In this document: one piece after another, positions 1 through 10,145 of the stretch
Position numbering within the stretch: position 1 is the first letter of the stretch
How the letters are laid out: each line of letters opens with the position of its first letter
DNA from: a virus
Virus record (IMG/VR): IMGVR_UViG_3300017769_000001
Coordinates: 1-64,000 of that record
Length of the DNA stretch: 64,000 bases
Reading direction: 5' to 3' (one strand)
Notes under the pieces: model-generated
Databases searched by the model: none
What the model saw: only the letters and a program-made list of their open reading frames with translations
What the model was told of the DNA's origin: nothing
Position numbers and translations under genes: made by a program

Positions 1-69
1 AACTCTTTGATGAACAACCGCTCACAGCTCAGAAGCGTCGTTCTATCCATGATGAGTTTGTGAGGTTTT

Positions 70-603
70 ATGATTTCAAAGATAACCGACTATTACATAA
101 ACGATGGAGACTTCCAAACTTATAGAGAATTCATCAATTTTGTTCATCGCTCTAAGAGTTATGACAAAGACATCGAAGACTACGTCTATGGATTGTGGGT
201 TTCTATTCGAGACGGTAGCTGTACTTTTTACAGGTCTGAAGTTAATGGGACTGCGGGCGAAATAAAGGAACTAAGCCATTCAGAAGTATACGGCAAGCTG
301 AAGGGAGTTGCACTCAGTATAACCTCCAAAAGATCAAACTTCGATTACCGGGTAGGTCGGGAATTCTTGTACAATACGAACATAGTACATAAAACCATTT
401 GGAATAAACTGGTCGATGATCGACACTTTGTTGAGTCGGTTATCGGGTTGGACATATCCACTGAGGGTGGCCGAATACAGTTACGTACCGAGATATCTAG
501 GTGGTCGAAGTATTTCATATACGGCGGTGTCGAAGATATTGACAACGCGCTATCCAGCGCAGAGAGTATCAAGGATATTATGAGATTGGAGTATCTTCTA
601 TGA
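70..603 (+). CDS. hypothetical protein (C-terminal Leu-tag family)
   Basis: 177-aa ORF with GAGG RBS, ATGA-coupled to primase; ends IMRLEYLL. Confidence 0.7.
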   Translation: MISKITDYYINDGDFQTYREFINFVHRSKSYDKDIEDYVYGLWVSIRDGSCTFYRSEVNGTAGEIKELSHSEVYGKLKGVALSITSKRSNFDYRVGREFLYNTNIVHKTIWNKLVDDRHFVESVIGLDISTEGGRIQLRTEISRWSKYFIYGGVEDIDNALSSAESIKDIMRLEYLL

Positions 604-1538
604 ACAGAGACGATGCGTTTGACGCATTGGCTGATGACATTCGTGGTGCGATAGGAAGTACGACAACCGGCTCCGGCTTTCATCCTATAAATTGCCCAAT
701 GTGCAAGAATCGAGAGCAAGGGCAGAAGAAAGGCGGATTCAAATTCGAGCACGAGCAGATAATCTATAACTGCTTTCGTGGTAGTTGTGATGCCACCACG
801 GTGTACACTAAGGGTGAGCCGATCCCTAAGAAATTCAGGGCATTGATGGACGTCCTCGGGGTCACTATTCCGATCCAGTTGCGCTCGTACAAAAAGAGAT
901 CATTCAAAGAAGAACAGCTTGATGATCGATTCGAGAAAAACGTCTATAAGACGATGACGCTGCCCGAAGAGTGTCGGGGTCGGAACCTCGGAGATAAATG
1001 GGTCGATTTTCTCGTAGGCCGGGAGTGTATCTATTACGATCTCGACTTTCGGGTCGTTACTGGTGGGCCTTATAAAGGGTCTCTGGTCATCCCCCATTAT
1101 TTCTACGATAAGCTCATAGGGTGGGTTTATGTCACAAAGTCTGGGAGGTATGTCACTGAGAAAGGCAGCAGCGAATCGATGTTGTTCATTCCTTCGAAAA
1201 TCATACCGGAGAGACCACTGATCATAGAAGGTCAGATGGATGCTTTGTGCTTTCCCGACACAGTAGCGACTTGCGGCCCTAAGATAACACCAAAGCAAGC
1301 GTATCACTTGAGACATTCAAACCCCATAGTGCTTCCTGACAGACATGGGAGTAAGCTATACGAATCGGCAAAAGAGTATGGGTTTGACGTCTCGTTGCCC
1401 ATGTGGTCTGAGAAAGATCTCAATGCGGCTGTGATAAACCGTGGGATTATGGTCGCAGCGCATATGATACACAAAGGGATAATGAAACCCGGCCCAAAAT
1501 CAGATATACTTTACAAAAGGTGGACGAAAAATAAATGA
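600..1538 (+). CDS. DNA primase (T4 gp61-like)
   Basis: N-terminal Zn ribbon CPMC...CFRGSC, TOPRIM-like IIEGQMDA and PD motifs; adjacent to helicase. Confidence 0.85.
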   Translation: MNRDDAFDALADDIRGAIGSTTTGSGFHPINCPMCKNREQGQKKGGFKFEHEQIIYNCFRGSCDATTVYTKGEPIPKKFRALMDVLGVTIPIQLRSYKKRSFKEEQLDDRFEKNVYKTMTLPEECRGRNLGDKWVDFLVGRECIYYDLDFRVVTGGPYKGSLVIPHYFYDKLIGWVYVTKSGRYVTEKGSSESMLFIPSKIIPERPLIIEGQMDALCFPDTVATCGPKITPKQAYHLRHSNPIVLPDRHGSKLYESAKEYGFDVSLPMWSEKDLNAAVINRGIMVAAHMIHKGIMKPGPKSDILYKRWTKNK

Positions 1539-2917
1539 GCAGCATTGACAAGAAACAGAAACTCCTGATCGAACGGATCCTGACAAACAGAGAACTGTTT
1601 GTTAAATGTGTTCGGATCTTGAAGCCGAAATACTTCGACGAGCCGATGGATCGTGTTGTTGAGTACATCGGTGAACATTTCGCCGAGTACAAGAACATCC
1701 CAAAGCTCGATGTGATAGACGCTGAAACTGGCGTTGAGCTTCGAGAATCTCCGGTAGACTCGGATGATATGAACTACGTCGAAAAAGAAATCGAGAAGTT
1801 CTGTCAAGAACAGGCGATGATGAACGCGGTTCTTGAAGGTGCTGATCTGATTCAGGACGGTGACATATCAGCCGTAGATGCATTGGTGAAGGATGCGCTT
1901 CGGGTTAAGCTCGACAACTCTCTGGGTACGGAGATATTCGAAAACCCGGAAGAGCGTATCAACACCATGGATGAAATGAAAGACCATCGTAAGATCGGTC
2001 TTGATTGTATTGACGACAAGATCGGTTATATCGGTCGCGGGGAACTCGGTGTTGTCGCAGCCGTATCCGGTGGCGGTAAGTCTGTGATGCTCGGCAATAT
2101 CGGGTATTATCTGGCAAGACAGAATCTGAATGTTCTTTTCATCAGTCTTGAGCTTGACGAGGGTCTGTACTCGAAGCGTCTTGATACGATCACTACGAAC
2201 TACGATATCGGAGAACACCGAGAAAGCGCCAAGCTGATCGCTGAAGAGCTTGGAAAGCTATCGACATCCATGGGTAGTATGCTGGTCAAACGCCTGCCAA
2301 ATGGAACAACAGCAAGCCAGATCAACGCGTATGTCATGGAATACTACATCCAGAGAGGATACTATCCTGATGTTCTGATTGTCGACTATCTGTCTGGCAT
2401 GGGCGTCGATGGAATGAAGTCTCTGGTTGGCGCAAACAAATACGATACAGACAAAGTGAAATCAGAAGCACTGCGTGAGATCGCCAACGATATCAACGCG
2501 TATGCGTTCACAGCCGCACAGATTAACCGTGAAGGTCAGGATGCGTACTCTGGTATCAATCCGATGCATATTCAGGGCGGTATCTCCTTGATCCAAACTT
2601 CCGATTGGACAATCGCGATGGTTGCAAATCAGGAAGACATCGATAATAATCAGTTCAAGACTGTCGAGTTGAAGCTCCGGAACGCGGCTGTTACTTACAA
2701 AATGCATACTGGGTATAAGAACCCTGATACACTCCGGTACACCAACAGTCCCGGTGGCTCTACAACAAAACGAAGTGGAAAGAGAACACTCGGATCATCA
2801 TCACCAGCAAAGAGCTTGAAATCTGCTCCGAAGGAAAGTAAGAAGGTCGTTCAAGAAGCGGACGACCCTGTTGAATCAAAGGTCAAGGGTGCTATGAAAG
2901 CACTAAGGAGGCGTTAA
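1535..2917 (+). CDS. replicative DnaB-family helicase (T4 gp41-like)
   Basis: Walker A AVSGGGKS, ISLEL, Walker B LIVDYL, TAAQINR. Confidence 0.92.
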   Translation: MSSIDKKQKLLIERILTNRELFVKCVRILKPKYFDEPMDRVVEYIGEHFAEYKNIPKLDVIDAETGVELRESPVDSDDMNYVEKEIEKFCQEQAMMNAVLEGADLIQDGDISAVDALVKDALRVKLDNSLGTEIFENPEERINTMDEMKDHRKIGLDCIDDKIGYIGRGELGVVAAVSGGGKSVMLGNIGYYLARQNLNVLFISLELDEGLYSKRLDTITTNYDIGEHRESAKLIAEELGKLSTSMGSMLVKRLPNGTTASQINAYVMEYYIQRGYYPDVLIVDYLSGMGVDGMKSLVGANKYDTDKVKSEALREIANDINAYAFTAAQINREGQDAYSGINPMHIQGGISLIQTSDWTIAMVANQEDIDNNQFKTVELKLRNAAVTYKMHTGYKNPDTLRYTNSPGGSTTKRSGKRTLGSSSPAKSLKSAPKESKKVVQEADDPVESKVKGAMKALRRR

Positions 2918-3202
2918 GTGGAAATCTCAAGAATTTCTCCGGGGGAATGGCACCGAGTAGTAAACCAAAAGCTCCCCAAAATGTTCAAGGGGATTGAGGG
3001 ATACTCTTCAAGTCAGACTCGAAGAGATATTGTCGCTCGATGGATTCGTCGGTTGATAAAGCAATCCCCATACAGTGCTGCCGTATCTCGCAGGATTATT
3101 AAAGAAGCGACATCAGTCGTTCAATTTGAATCTGGGCACCCGTTGGAAATTGTCATCGGACATGATGAAAAATGTCGAGAGGTCGTGAGGGTAAGATTGT
3201 GA
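2918..3202 (+). CDS. hypothetical protein (ends in Leu)
   Basis: GTG start after AGGAGG; coupled between helicase and deaminase. Confidence 0.6.
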   Translation: MEISRISPGEWHRVVNQKLPKMFKGIEGYSSSQTRRDIVARWIRRLIKQSPYSAAVSRRIIKEATSVVQFESGHPLEIVIGHDEKCREVVRVRL

Positions 3203-3714
3203 TTAAAGAAGAAAACTACGAATGGATCATCAGGCATCTTGAATCCGCAAAACATCGAGCAACATTCAGCAAAGATCCGTCTACGAAGGTCGGTGCTGTT
3301 CTGGTTGAGCCGGATTACAAGCGTGATCACTCATACGGGTACAACGGATTCCCGAGAGGCGTCAAGGATATAAATCTGACGGACAGGGATTACAAGTATC
3401 CGAGGACGGTTCATGCGGAACTGAACTGTATCCTGAATTCCGACAGGAATCTTAAAGGACATATCCTGTTCTGCACACTAGCTCCGTGTGCCGGGTGCGC
3501 AGCAGCGATAATCCAGAAAGAGATCGCCGTTGTCTATCACATTCAGGAGAACTTTACAGCTACAGACAGGTGGCATGAAAGCCATGCTGTTGCTATCTCC
3601 ATGTTCGAAGAAGCCGGGGTCGAATGTTACGGCGTTTATATGGATCGTGGTTCTATCCAATTCGTACCAATGCATCACCAGAAAATGATCATCGAATCAA
3701 ATCGGAGGTTGTGA
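3199..3714 (+). CDS. dCMP deaminase
   Basis: SKDPSTKVGA, GYNGFP, HAE and PCxxC Zn motifs; GTG start overlapping the upstream stop. Confidence 0.92.
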   Translation: MIKEENYEWIIRHLESAKHRATFSKDPSTKVGAVLVEPDYKRDHSYGYNGFPRGVKDINLTDRDYKYPRTVHAELNCILNSDRNLKGHILFCTLAPCAGCAAAIIQKEIAVVYHIQENFTATDRWHESHAVAISMFEEAGVECYGVYMDRGSIQFVPMHHQKMIIESNRRL

Positions 3715-4256
3715 TGAGCTGGAAAAACAGCGAGATTTATCGTTCCCGTGGGATCATAATGGCAATTGTCATTATGATTCTGATCATTTCTTGTGCTCCT
3801 GCTGCTGCGAGTCCGAAGACATCATGCGAACTCAACGGGTTTGAGAGAAGTATTGTGAGCCTTTCTTACAGCATCGGAGAACCATATGATCTGGGTGAGA
3901 CCATGGTTGCTATCGCTTTGGAAGAAAGTGAACTTGGGAGGTATCGGATATCACTATCAGACCCATCGGCTGGCGTTTACCACACGTTAATATCCCATGC
4001 TATCAAAGATTTGGGGTGGAAAGACAATTCGTACAACAGGAACAGAGCAGCACAACTTCTGATTGACGACCATGTATATGCCGCACACTTAGCCATAGGT
4101 GTTCTAAAGTGGTGGCATAACTATCGTGGCGGGGATTGGAAAGAGACCCTTTCCGGATACAACGGCGGACACAAAGGAAACCCGTCCTACGTTCGCCGAA
4201 TTGCAAACCATATCAAGCACATAAGACAATGTAAGTGGGTGGAATCTTTTTCATGA
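3714..4256 (+). CDS. lytic transglycosylase (SLT-like) with N-terminal hydrophobic anchor
   Basis: AIALEES catalytic Glu, GVYH, YNGG and YVRRI motifs. Confidence 0.7.
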   Translation: MSWKNSEIYRSRGIIMAIVIMILIISCAPAAASPKTSCELNGFERSIVSLSYSIGEPYDLGETMVAIALEESELGRYRISLSDPSAGVYHTLISHAIKDLGWKDNSYNRNRAAQLLIDDHVYAAHLAIGVLKWWHNYRGGDWKETLSGYNGGHKGNPSYVRRIANHIKHIRQCKWVESFS

Positions 4257-5158
4257 AAGTATATTTTGACGAAGCTGGTTATATCGGACTGTTGGCGGAC
4301 ATTCTCAGGAACGGCGTCAGCGTTCCCGATAGAACTGGAGTGGGAAGTATTGCTGTTTTCGACCGGAAACTCGTATTCAATGCCGGGAAACAATTTCCCT
4401 TCAGGACTGTCGAGGCGGCTCCACTGCGGTACTCCTATGAAGAGTTCTGGATGTTCCTCAGAGGTGAGACGCAAACAAAGCAGTTAGAAGTGAAGGGGAT
4501 CAACTTCTGGAAGGGGAACACAAGCAGGCAGTTCCTCGACAATCGTGGATTGTTCTATGTCGATGAGGGCGACATGAATAAGGCATATGGATTCCAGTTT
4601 CGGGGGTTCGGCGGCGAAAAATCCCCGACGACTGATGGTGTTGATGGCGGTAAAGATCAACTCAAAGATCTGTTCGCCAATCTCAAGAAAGACCCATACA
4701 GCCGTAGACATTATGTTACTTTCTGGAATCCCGCTCAGTTAGACGAAATGGCACTGACGCCATGTTGGCATTCACATCAGTTTGTGGTATTGCCTGACGA
4801 AAACGGCGATGACACGCTTCATCTGAAGATGTTGAACAGAAGTCTGGACACCGTTTACGGCTGTATGTTCGCTGTACAGCAGTATGCGCTGTACCAAAAA
4901 GCCATCGCAGAAATTTTCGGATTCAAAGTCGGAACCATCTCGTGTGACCTGACTCAAGTTCATATCTACAATAACCAGATCGAATATGCGAAGGAACTGG
5001 TGGCTCGGAAGCTCGGAAAGCCGGGTGAAGTTCGATTCAAGAAGAAACTCAAAGATCTCGACGATCTTCTTAATCTGAAGTGGGAAGACATTGAAGTCAC
5101 TGGTCTGGAAGTCAATAAGGAACCGTTCAAGACACCCAAACCACCGATGGCTAAATAA
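4253..5158 (+). CDS. thyA: thymidylate synthase (divergent active site)
   Basis: DRTGVG, YGFQFR, SRRH, WNP, LTPC, RSxD, HIY and C-terminal PMAK. Confidence 0.88.
   Translation: MKVYFDEAGYIGLLADILRNGVSVPDRTGVGSIAVFDRKLVFNAGKQFPFRTVEAAPLRYSYEEFWMFLRGETQTKQLEVKGINFWKGNTSRQFLDNRGLFYVDEGDMNKAYGFQFRGFGGEKSPTTDGVDGGKDQLKDLFANLKKDPYSRRHYVTFWNPAQLDEMALTPCWHSHQFVVLPDENGDDTLHLKMLNRSLDTVYGCMFAVQQYALYQKAIAEIFGFKVGTISCDLTQVHIYNNQIEYAKELVARKLGKPGEVRFKKKLKDLDDLLNLKWEDIEVTGLEVNKEPFKTPKPPMAK
5151..5157 (+). promoter_or_regulatory. T4-like late promoter CTAAATA
   Basis: same heptamer at 11107, 17231, 18942, 34952 and 39074, each just upstream of a gene start; resembles T4 TATAAATA. Confidence 0.65.
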
Positions 5159-5185
5159 GAAGACAACAAGTAAGAGTCTTTTCAA

Positions 5186-5800
5186 ATGCATGTGAATGAA
5201 CTATACGACCTCAAAGAGATTGACGAGTCTGTTGAAATCGAATCGTTCTTTAACGAAATGATTTTCGAGGGCATCGTCGAATCTCGTGAAGAAGCACAAG
5301 TTCTCACTGAAAGCCGGGTGAACAAAGTAATTCAAGACTACGTTCGTCGATATGGGGGATCTGCTCCCCCTGAAGCGATGGTATTTCAGGATGTGAGAAA
5401 CCCGAAACATTACGCCATACTGGCGGCTGGCGATGGCACTTTCTTCCGTTTTGATGTGGTGAACGACAAGGTTGTGAATGAAGAACGATATCGTGATTTC
5501 CGGGAACTGATGGATGAACGAGAAGTTCTGACAAATGGAACCTTTCGCCCGGTAGACACCAGAACATACCTTCAGAAAAATTGGAAGCGTCTTCTGATGT
5601 GGCTGATTGGTGGTACTGCTGTTGCACTTATCGGAGCACCGATACTCTTCGCATGGCTGATGTCAATTGCAAGCGCGGTGTCATTTGTCGCAAAAGTTGC
5701 AGTCGGTGTTGCTGCTGTCGCCGGGACTGGATGGCTGATGCAACGTCTCTCTGGTAACGATGGCGCAACGGATCGCTGGAACGCATCAGGGAGAATGTGA
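5186..5800 (+). CDS. putative internal virion protein with C-terminal transmembrane segments
   Basis: MHVNELY start, several I/L-x-E sites, two Gly/Ala-rich hydrophobic helices; late promoter upstream. Confidence 0.55.
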   Translation: MHVNELYDLKEIDESVEIESFFNEMIFEGIVESREEAQVLTESRVNKVIQDYVRRYGGSAPPEAMVFQDVRNPKHYAILAAGDGTFFRFDVVNDKVVNEERYRDFRELMDEREVLTNGTFRPVDTRTYLQKNWKRLLMWLIGGTAVALIGAPILFAWLMSIASAVSFVAKVAVGVAAVAGTGWLMQRLSGNDGATDRWNASGRM

Positions 5801-6285
5801 TGAGAGTCGACGAAGTATTACAGATTGAGTCGTCTGATGAGATCATGGAATCTTTCGCAATCGCGAAGATTCGGAAGGAAGTCACTAAGTATAGCGGGAA
5901 GAACGCCAATGTGAAAATTCTTCAGTCTCCAAAGAAACGATCCCATTACAGGATCTTCGTAGAGGATGATGGTAAAGTAAAGACTGTGGAAATGATTGAC
6001 GGGAAGTTCGACAATACATCTTCGCAGTCGTTGTCTTCGTCGGCAAAGGAAATCACGATGCTCGAACTCCGTGGGTGGGCTGACATCGATCCCCGGAGTT
6101 GGGTTGAGAAGCACAAGACTGCTCTCATTATGGGCGCGGCAGGTCTCACGACAGCGATTGCTTTGGGGTCTGCTGGGCTCATACCAGTAACTGCCGTTCT
6201 CATGCCAATCATATCGACGTTCCTTGGTGTATTCGGAAGTTTGTTCAAAGATAATATCTCCGCCCCATTATCAACTTCTGATTGA
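5800..6285 (+). CDS. putative internal virion protein with C-terminal transmembrane segments
   Basis: MRVDEVL start; same layout as the upstream gene. Confidence 0.55.
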   Translation: MRVDEVLQIESSDEIMESFAIAKIRKEVTKYSGKNANVKILQSPKKRSHYRIFVEDDGKVKTVEMIDGKFDNTSSQSLSSSAKEITMLELRGWADIDPRSWVEKHKTALIMGAAGLTTAIALGSAGLIPVTAVLMPIISTFLGVFGSLFKDNISAPLSTSD

Positions 6286-6310
6286 CATCGATTAGATAAC
6301 ACCTCATAAT
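6282..6310 (+). promoter_or_regulatory. sigma70-type promoter
   Basis: TTGACA-17-CATAAT. Confidence 0.7.
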
Positions 6311-6343
6311 GAAACCTCACAAATATGTAAAAGAGGTTTCATT

Positions 6344-6793
6344 ATGAAAGAAATAATCAAATCCCTACTGGGTTACGTTTTCGCATTCTCCGTCACCGGC
6401 CTTCTTATCTGGTACTCCGAAATAATCGCCGGGATCTTCGTCGCGGTTGTTTACATACTGGCGGCTTTGATGACAGCTGGGGTCGCTAAGTTTTATAGTT
6501 CAAAAGAGAATGAACGCGTTCGCCTGTACACGGCTACTTTTAAGAGGTCAAGAAAAAGTAGCGGATTCGAATTCTTCAAATACCTTTGCGAGAACGACAT
6601 GGTTCGAATGGCATATCATACAAGCATCATCATTCTGACCTTTATTTCTTTTGCTGTTATTGCTATAGTTTCAGGAGAAAACCACGCCCTTTACTCTGCG
6701 TTTTGGTTGATGTTGGTATCTGTTATTGTTGCCGAAAATCAATATCGTGGAGTGAAAGAATATTTTCTTGACAACCAGACAACCAACAAGTAA
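6344..6793 (+). CDS. multi-pass membrane protein
   Basis: four hydrophobic segments; GAGG RBS. Confidence 0.7.
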   Translation: MKEIIKSLLGYVFAFSVTGLLIWYSEIIAGIFVAVVYILAALMTAGVAKFYSSKENERVRLYTATFKRSRKSSGFEFFKYLCENDMVRMAYHTSIIILTFISFAVIAIVSGENHALYSAFWLMLVSVIVAENQYRGVKEYFLDNQTTNK

Positions 6794-6796
6794 TAT
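6768..6796 (+). promoter_or_regulatory. sigma70-type promoter
   Basis: TTGACA-17-TAATAT. Confidence 0.6.
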
Positions 6797-6830
6797 CTCA
6801 ATTCAAGAAACAAATAAGGATCAATGACTT

Positions 6831-7790
6831 ATGACAAAGCCAGCAAAATCAAATTCCCCCGGAGTTGCAGTCATCCAACAGACGAAACCGTTTCGTCTGG
6901 AGGAAAGTGACGGAATCGCTCGACTGTTCCTTCACGGAAAGTTTGAAAGTGTTGAGGATAACACTAAGTTGGTGTCTGACCTCCACGACATTTCAAAGAA
7001 GTTCAATATCATCGAAGTGTGGGTCTCTTCTGATGGTGGTTACGTTACAATCCTGACAGAGATCATCGAAGCACTTCGTAACTTCAAGACGGTTGTAACC
7101 ATCTGCAACTCTTCGGCATCTTCCGCTGGGGCTATGATCTGGTCTCTCGGCGACATCCGAGTCGTATCCCCGTTCTCACAGCTCATGTGGCACCGGGAAA
7201 GTTACGGCTACTATGGCAAGACAAACCAACACGAGGACGTTCTGGAAAGCCAGAAGAAGGTATTCCCAATCCTCATGGAGTACTGTGTTGGTGATATCCT
7301 GACTCAAGAAGAGAAGGATAAAGCCATGTACACCGAAATCCACAAATCCGGCAAGGAAATGATCGAAAGCGGGTTCGCAATCGAATATCAGGATTATCAA
7401 CAGCGCGTTCATGAAGCTGATCATGGCCGATTCTCTCAGATTGGTATCATGTATTACGACAATCTGAGACAAGTAACTATGATGTCCACGCCAGATGGTA
7501 TGGTGTCTATCGTCGGAGCAATTGACACCTCCCCGTACCGTGCATCATTCTATGACATCGGCGTTGCGGATAACATTCGAGTTGAACTTCCGAATCATGA
7601 TGATATGATGATTCTGAGCGCAGAAGAATACTGCGACATGGAGCAGAAGTACTTCGACGATGTTTCTGAGAAATACAAGAAACTCGAAGAAGAAGTGAAG
7701 AAAGGCGGAACTACCCGCAAACCAACAAAGAAGCGAGCAGTCAAGAAGGCCGCTCCACGTAAAACCACCAAAGCACCAAAAGAGGCGTAA
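6831..7790 (+). CDS. ClpP-like serine protease with C-terminal extension
   Basis: VSSDGG (cf. INSPGG), ASSAG nucleophile Ser, LMWH catalytic His; basic tail. Confidence 0.75.
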   Translation: MTKPAKSNSPGVAVIQQTKPFRLEESDGIARLFLHGKFESVEDNTKLVSDLHDISKKFNIIEVWVSSDGGYVTILTEIIEALRNFKTVVTICNSSASSAGAMIWSLGDIRVVSPFSQLMWHRESYGYYGKTNQHEDVLESQKKVFPILMEYCVGDILTQEEKDKAMYTEIHKSGKEMIESGFAIEYQDYQQRVHEADHGRFSQIGIMYYDNLRQVTMMSTPDGMVSIVGAIDTSPYRASFYDIGVADNIRVELPNHDDMMILSAEEYCDMEQKYFDDVSEKYKKLEEEVKKGGTTRKPTKKRAVKKAAPRKTTKAPKEA

Positions 7791-7792
7791 TT

Positions 7793-8035
7793 ATGTCCCG
7801 TTACCAACGTAAAGAGAAGCCGCACAAACGCATCATCGCTCAGATGAAAGAGAATTACTTCGCCGCGAAGAGTGAGGCTCGCAATCGTTCTTTCACCAAG
7901 GAACAGGAAATTGAACTGTGTTATCTGGAAGATGAAATCGGGCGTCGATGGTTCCGATTCTTCGCAGATCACTATCTCACAGAAACTCTGAATGAGTACT
8001 GTGCCATCATCAACAATGCACCGAAGAGGAAGTAA
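7793..8035 (+). CDS. hypothetical protein
   Basis: 80-aa ORF in operon with GAGG RBS. Confidence 0.65.
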   Translation: MSRYQRKEKPHKRIIAQMKENYFAAKSEARNRSFTKEQEIELCYLEDEIGRRWFRFFADHYLTETLNEYCAIINNAPKRK

Positions 8036-8037
8036 TA

Positions 8038-8334
8038 ATGGCGAAAGATGCAAAGATCCGGGTAGCAGACCTTACCCCAAGTGAAACGGAGGAACTGAAA
8101 AAGTACCTCAAAGAAGCAACCGTCGCGAAAATCGCAATGAGCCAGTACAAGGAAAAGCTGGACGAAATTGCTGAAGTTGCATGTGACGCTCTGAATCTGA
8201 AAAAATCGGAGTTCAACAAGCACGCAAACATCGCGTACGAATCTCACAAGGCAAAAGAAGCCTTGGAGAAAGCTGAAGAAATCTACGGAAACGCGGTTCG
8301 CCTCGGTCTGATCGAAGACGACTACGAAGGCTAG
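8038..8334 (+). CDS. small helical protein, possibly T4 DsbA-like dsDNA-binding protein
   Basis: 98 aa, all-helical charged pattern; the DsbA resemblance is size and pattern only. Confidence 0.45.
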   Translation: MAKDAKIRVADLTPSETEELKKYLKEATVAKIAMSQYKEKLDEIAEVACDALNLKKSEFNKHANIAYESHKAKEALEKAEEIYGNAVRLGLIEDDYEG

Positions 8335-8399
8335 ACAGCTGGTCTGTAAGAGAGTAAAATAAAGGGGAGCTAGGCTCCCCTTTATTCGTTGGAGAAACC

Positions 8400-10145
8400 A
8401 TGTCAGAAGAAAATTTCGAATACCTTTACATTGACTCTGTCAAACAAGGAGGGCAGATCCATGTTTGGGTTCGTGACCCAGCTGGATTGAGCATCGATAC
8501 GTACGACGCACGAGACTTCTATTACTGTTTCATTCCAGACAACAGCGGATCCCCATCAAAGTACAAAGACCTTTGGGGCACACCGATGAAGAAGTGTAGC
8601 TTCGACTCGAACAGGGATCTTCGGGATTTTGCCCAGAGTGAGTCCTATGTCTGTGAATCGGATGTGCCATCGAAGTATAAGGTGTTGATTGACGAGTACA
8701 GCGATGCATCAGAAACCGGTCACTTCAACTACTGTCTTTACGACATCGAAGTCGATTTCGACCTGTCTCATGGGAAGGGATACCCAAAACCCGGTAATTC
8801 GTATGGCGAGATAAACCTAATCCAGTGCTGGGACAACCATTACAACCGATACACCATTTTCTGCTTGGATCATCTGAAGAACGTCATTGATCTCCGAGAC
8901 GAGAAGTTTGACGTCCATATTGTATGGTGCTGGAGTGAAAGAGATATGTTGCAAAAATTTGCAGACTATCTCGATCCGATTGATGTTCTTAGTGGTTGGT
9001 TCTCAGCAGGGTTCGACTTACCGTACATCATCGAGCGGTCGATCAAGCTGTTCGGAGAGAAACATGCCATGACGATGTATTGTCGGGATGGGTTTAAACT
9101 CTCATCCAGAGAGTACGTTGATGAATATGGCGAAGAACGAGTTGAATGGCAGTTAGTCGGCAGGAAACACGTCGATCTCATGGAGGTCTATAAGAAGTTC
9201 ATCCCCGGAGAACGTCCGTCATTCAGTTTGGATGCTATCTGTGAAGAAGACCTCGGAATGAGGAAAGTTCAGTATGAGGATGATGGCGACCTTGGTGAGC
9301 TATATCGACAGAATCCCCAGAAGTTCTGTGAATACGGTGTTCACGACGTTCGACTTCTGTATGAACTGAATGAAAAACACAAGCTCATGGATATGATGAG
9401 GACGGTTGCGATTGGTGGTTCTGTGTTGTTCAACGACGTGACTGGATCCGTAAAGCCAATCGAAATGGGGTTCATGAAGTTCTGTCGGGAGAAAGGAAAC
9501 ATCGTACTCCCAGACAAGAAACAACATGACAAGGAAAAGTTCCCCGGAGCTATCGTTTATGACACAATCCCCGGACGCCATGAATGGGTATTCGGCATTG
9601 ACTTGACGAGTCTGTATCCGCTGACGATGATCATGCTTGGATTGTCTCCAGAGACAATGATATTCCAGTGCGAAGGCAACGACGATGATTATGTCCGGGT
9701 AATAACTAGGGACGACTCTGGTGGGCCTATAACCGTGTACGATACGAATGACGGCGAGATAGAAGTGATACTTCCTTCTGAGCTTGAGACCGCCATAAGA
9801 GAGAACAACTGGACTATATCCGCGAATGGTACGATCTTCGACGGAACCATGGGTCTGCTTTCAGAGTATCTTGTGGATGGGTTCAAGAAGCGTAAAGAGA
9901 ACCAGCGGCTGAAGAAAGAGTATGATCGGGCTGGGGATGATAAGATGGCAGCGATTTATGATCTCAAGCAGAAAGTTCTGAAGGTCGCTCGATTGAACGC
10001 AATCTACGGCGCAACCGGTAACGAACACTTCCGCCTGTTCGATATACGGATGGCTAGAAGCGTAACACTCACCGCCCGAATGATATCAAGAGCACAAGCA
10101 TTCAAGTCGAATGACTTGATAGAAGAAGTCGAGAAGGAGTTGTAA
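8400..10145 (+). CDS. family B DNA polymerase, N-terminal subunit (exonuclease plus motifs A and B)
   Basis: ExoI YDIEV, ExoII FDLPY, ExoIII YGVHDV, DLTSLYP, K..LNAIYG. Confidence 0.92.
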   Translation: MSEENFEYLYIDSVKQGGQIHVWVRDPAGLSIDTYDARDFYYCFIPDNSGSPSKYKDLWGTPMKKCSFDSNRDLRDFAQSESYVCESDVPSKYKVLIDEYSDASETGHFNYCLYDIEVDFDLSHGKGYPKPGNSYGEINLIQCWDNHYNRYTIFCLDHLKNVIDLRDEKFDVHIVWCWSERDMLQKFADYLDPIDVLSGWFSAGFDLPYIIERSIKLFGEKHAMTMYCRDGFKLSSREYVDEYGEERVEWQLVGRKHVDLMEVYKKFIPGERPSFSLDAICEEDLGMRKVQYEDDGDLGELYRQNPQKFCEYGVHDVRLLYELNEKHKLMDMMRTVAIGGSVLFNDVTGSVKPIEMGFMKFCREKGNIVLPDKKQHDKEKFPGAIVYDTIPGRHEWVFGIDLTSLYPLTMIMLGLSPETMIFQCEGNDDDYVRVITRDDSGGPITVYDTNDGEIEVILPSELETAIRENNWTISANGTIFDGTMGLLSEYLVDGFKKRKENQRLKKEYDRAGDDKMAAIYDLKQKVLKVARLNAIYGATGNEHFRLFDIRMARSVTLTARMISRAQAFKSNDLIEEVEKEL

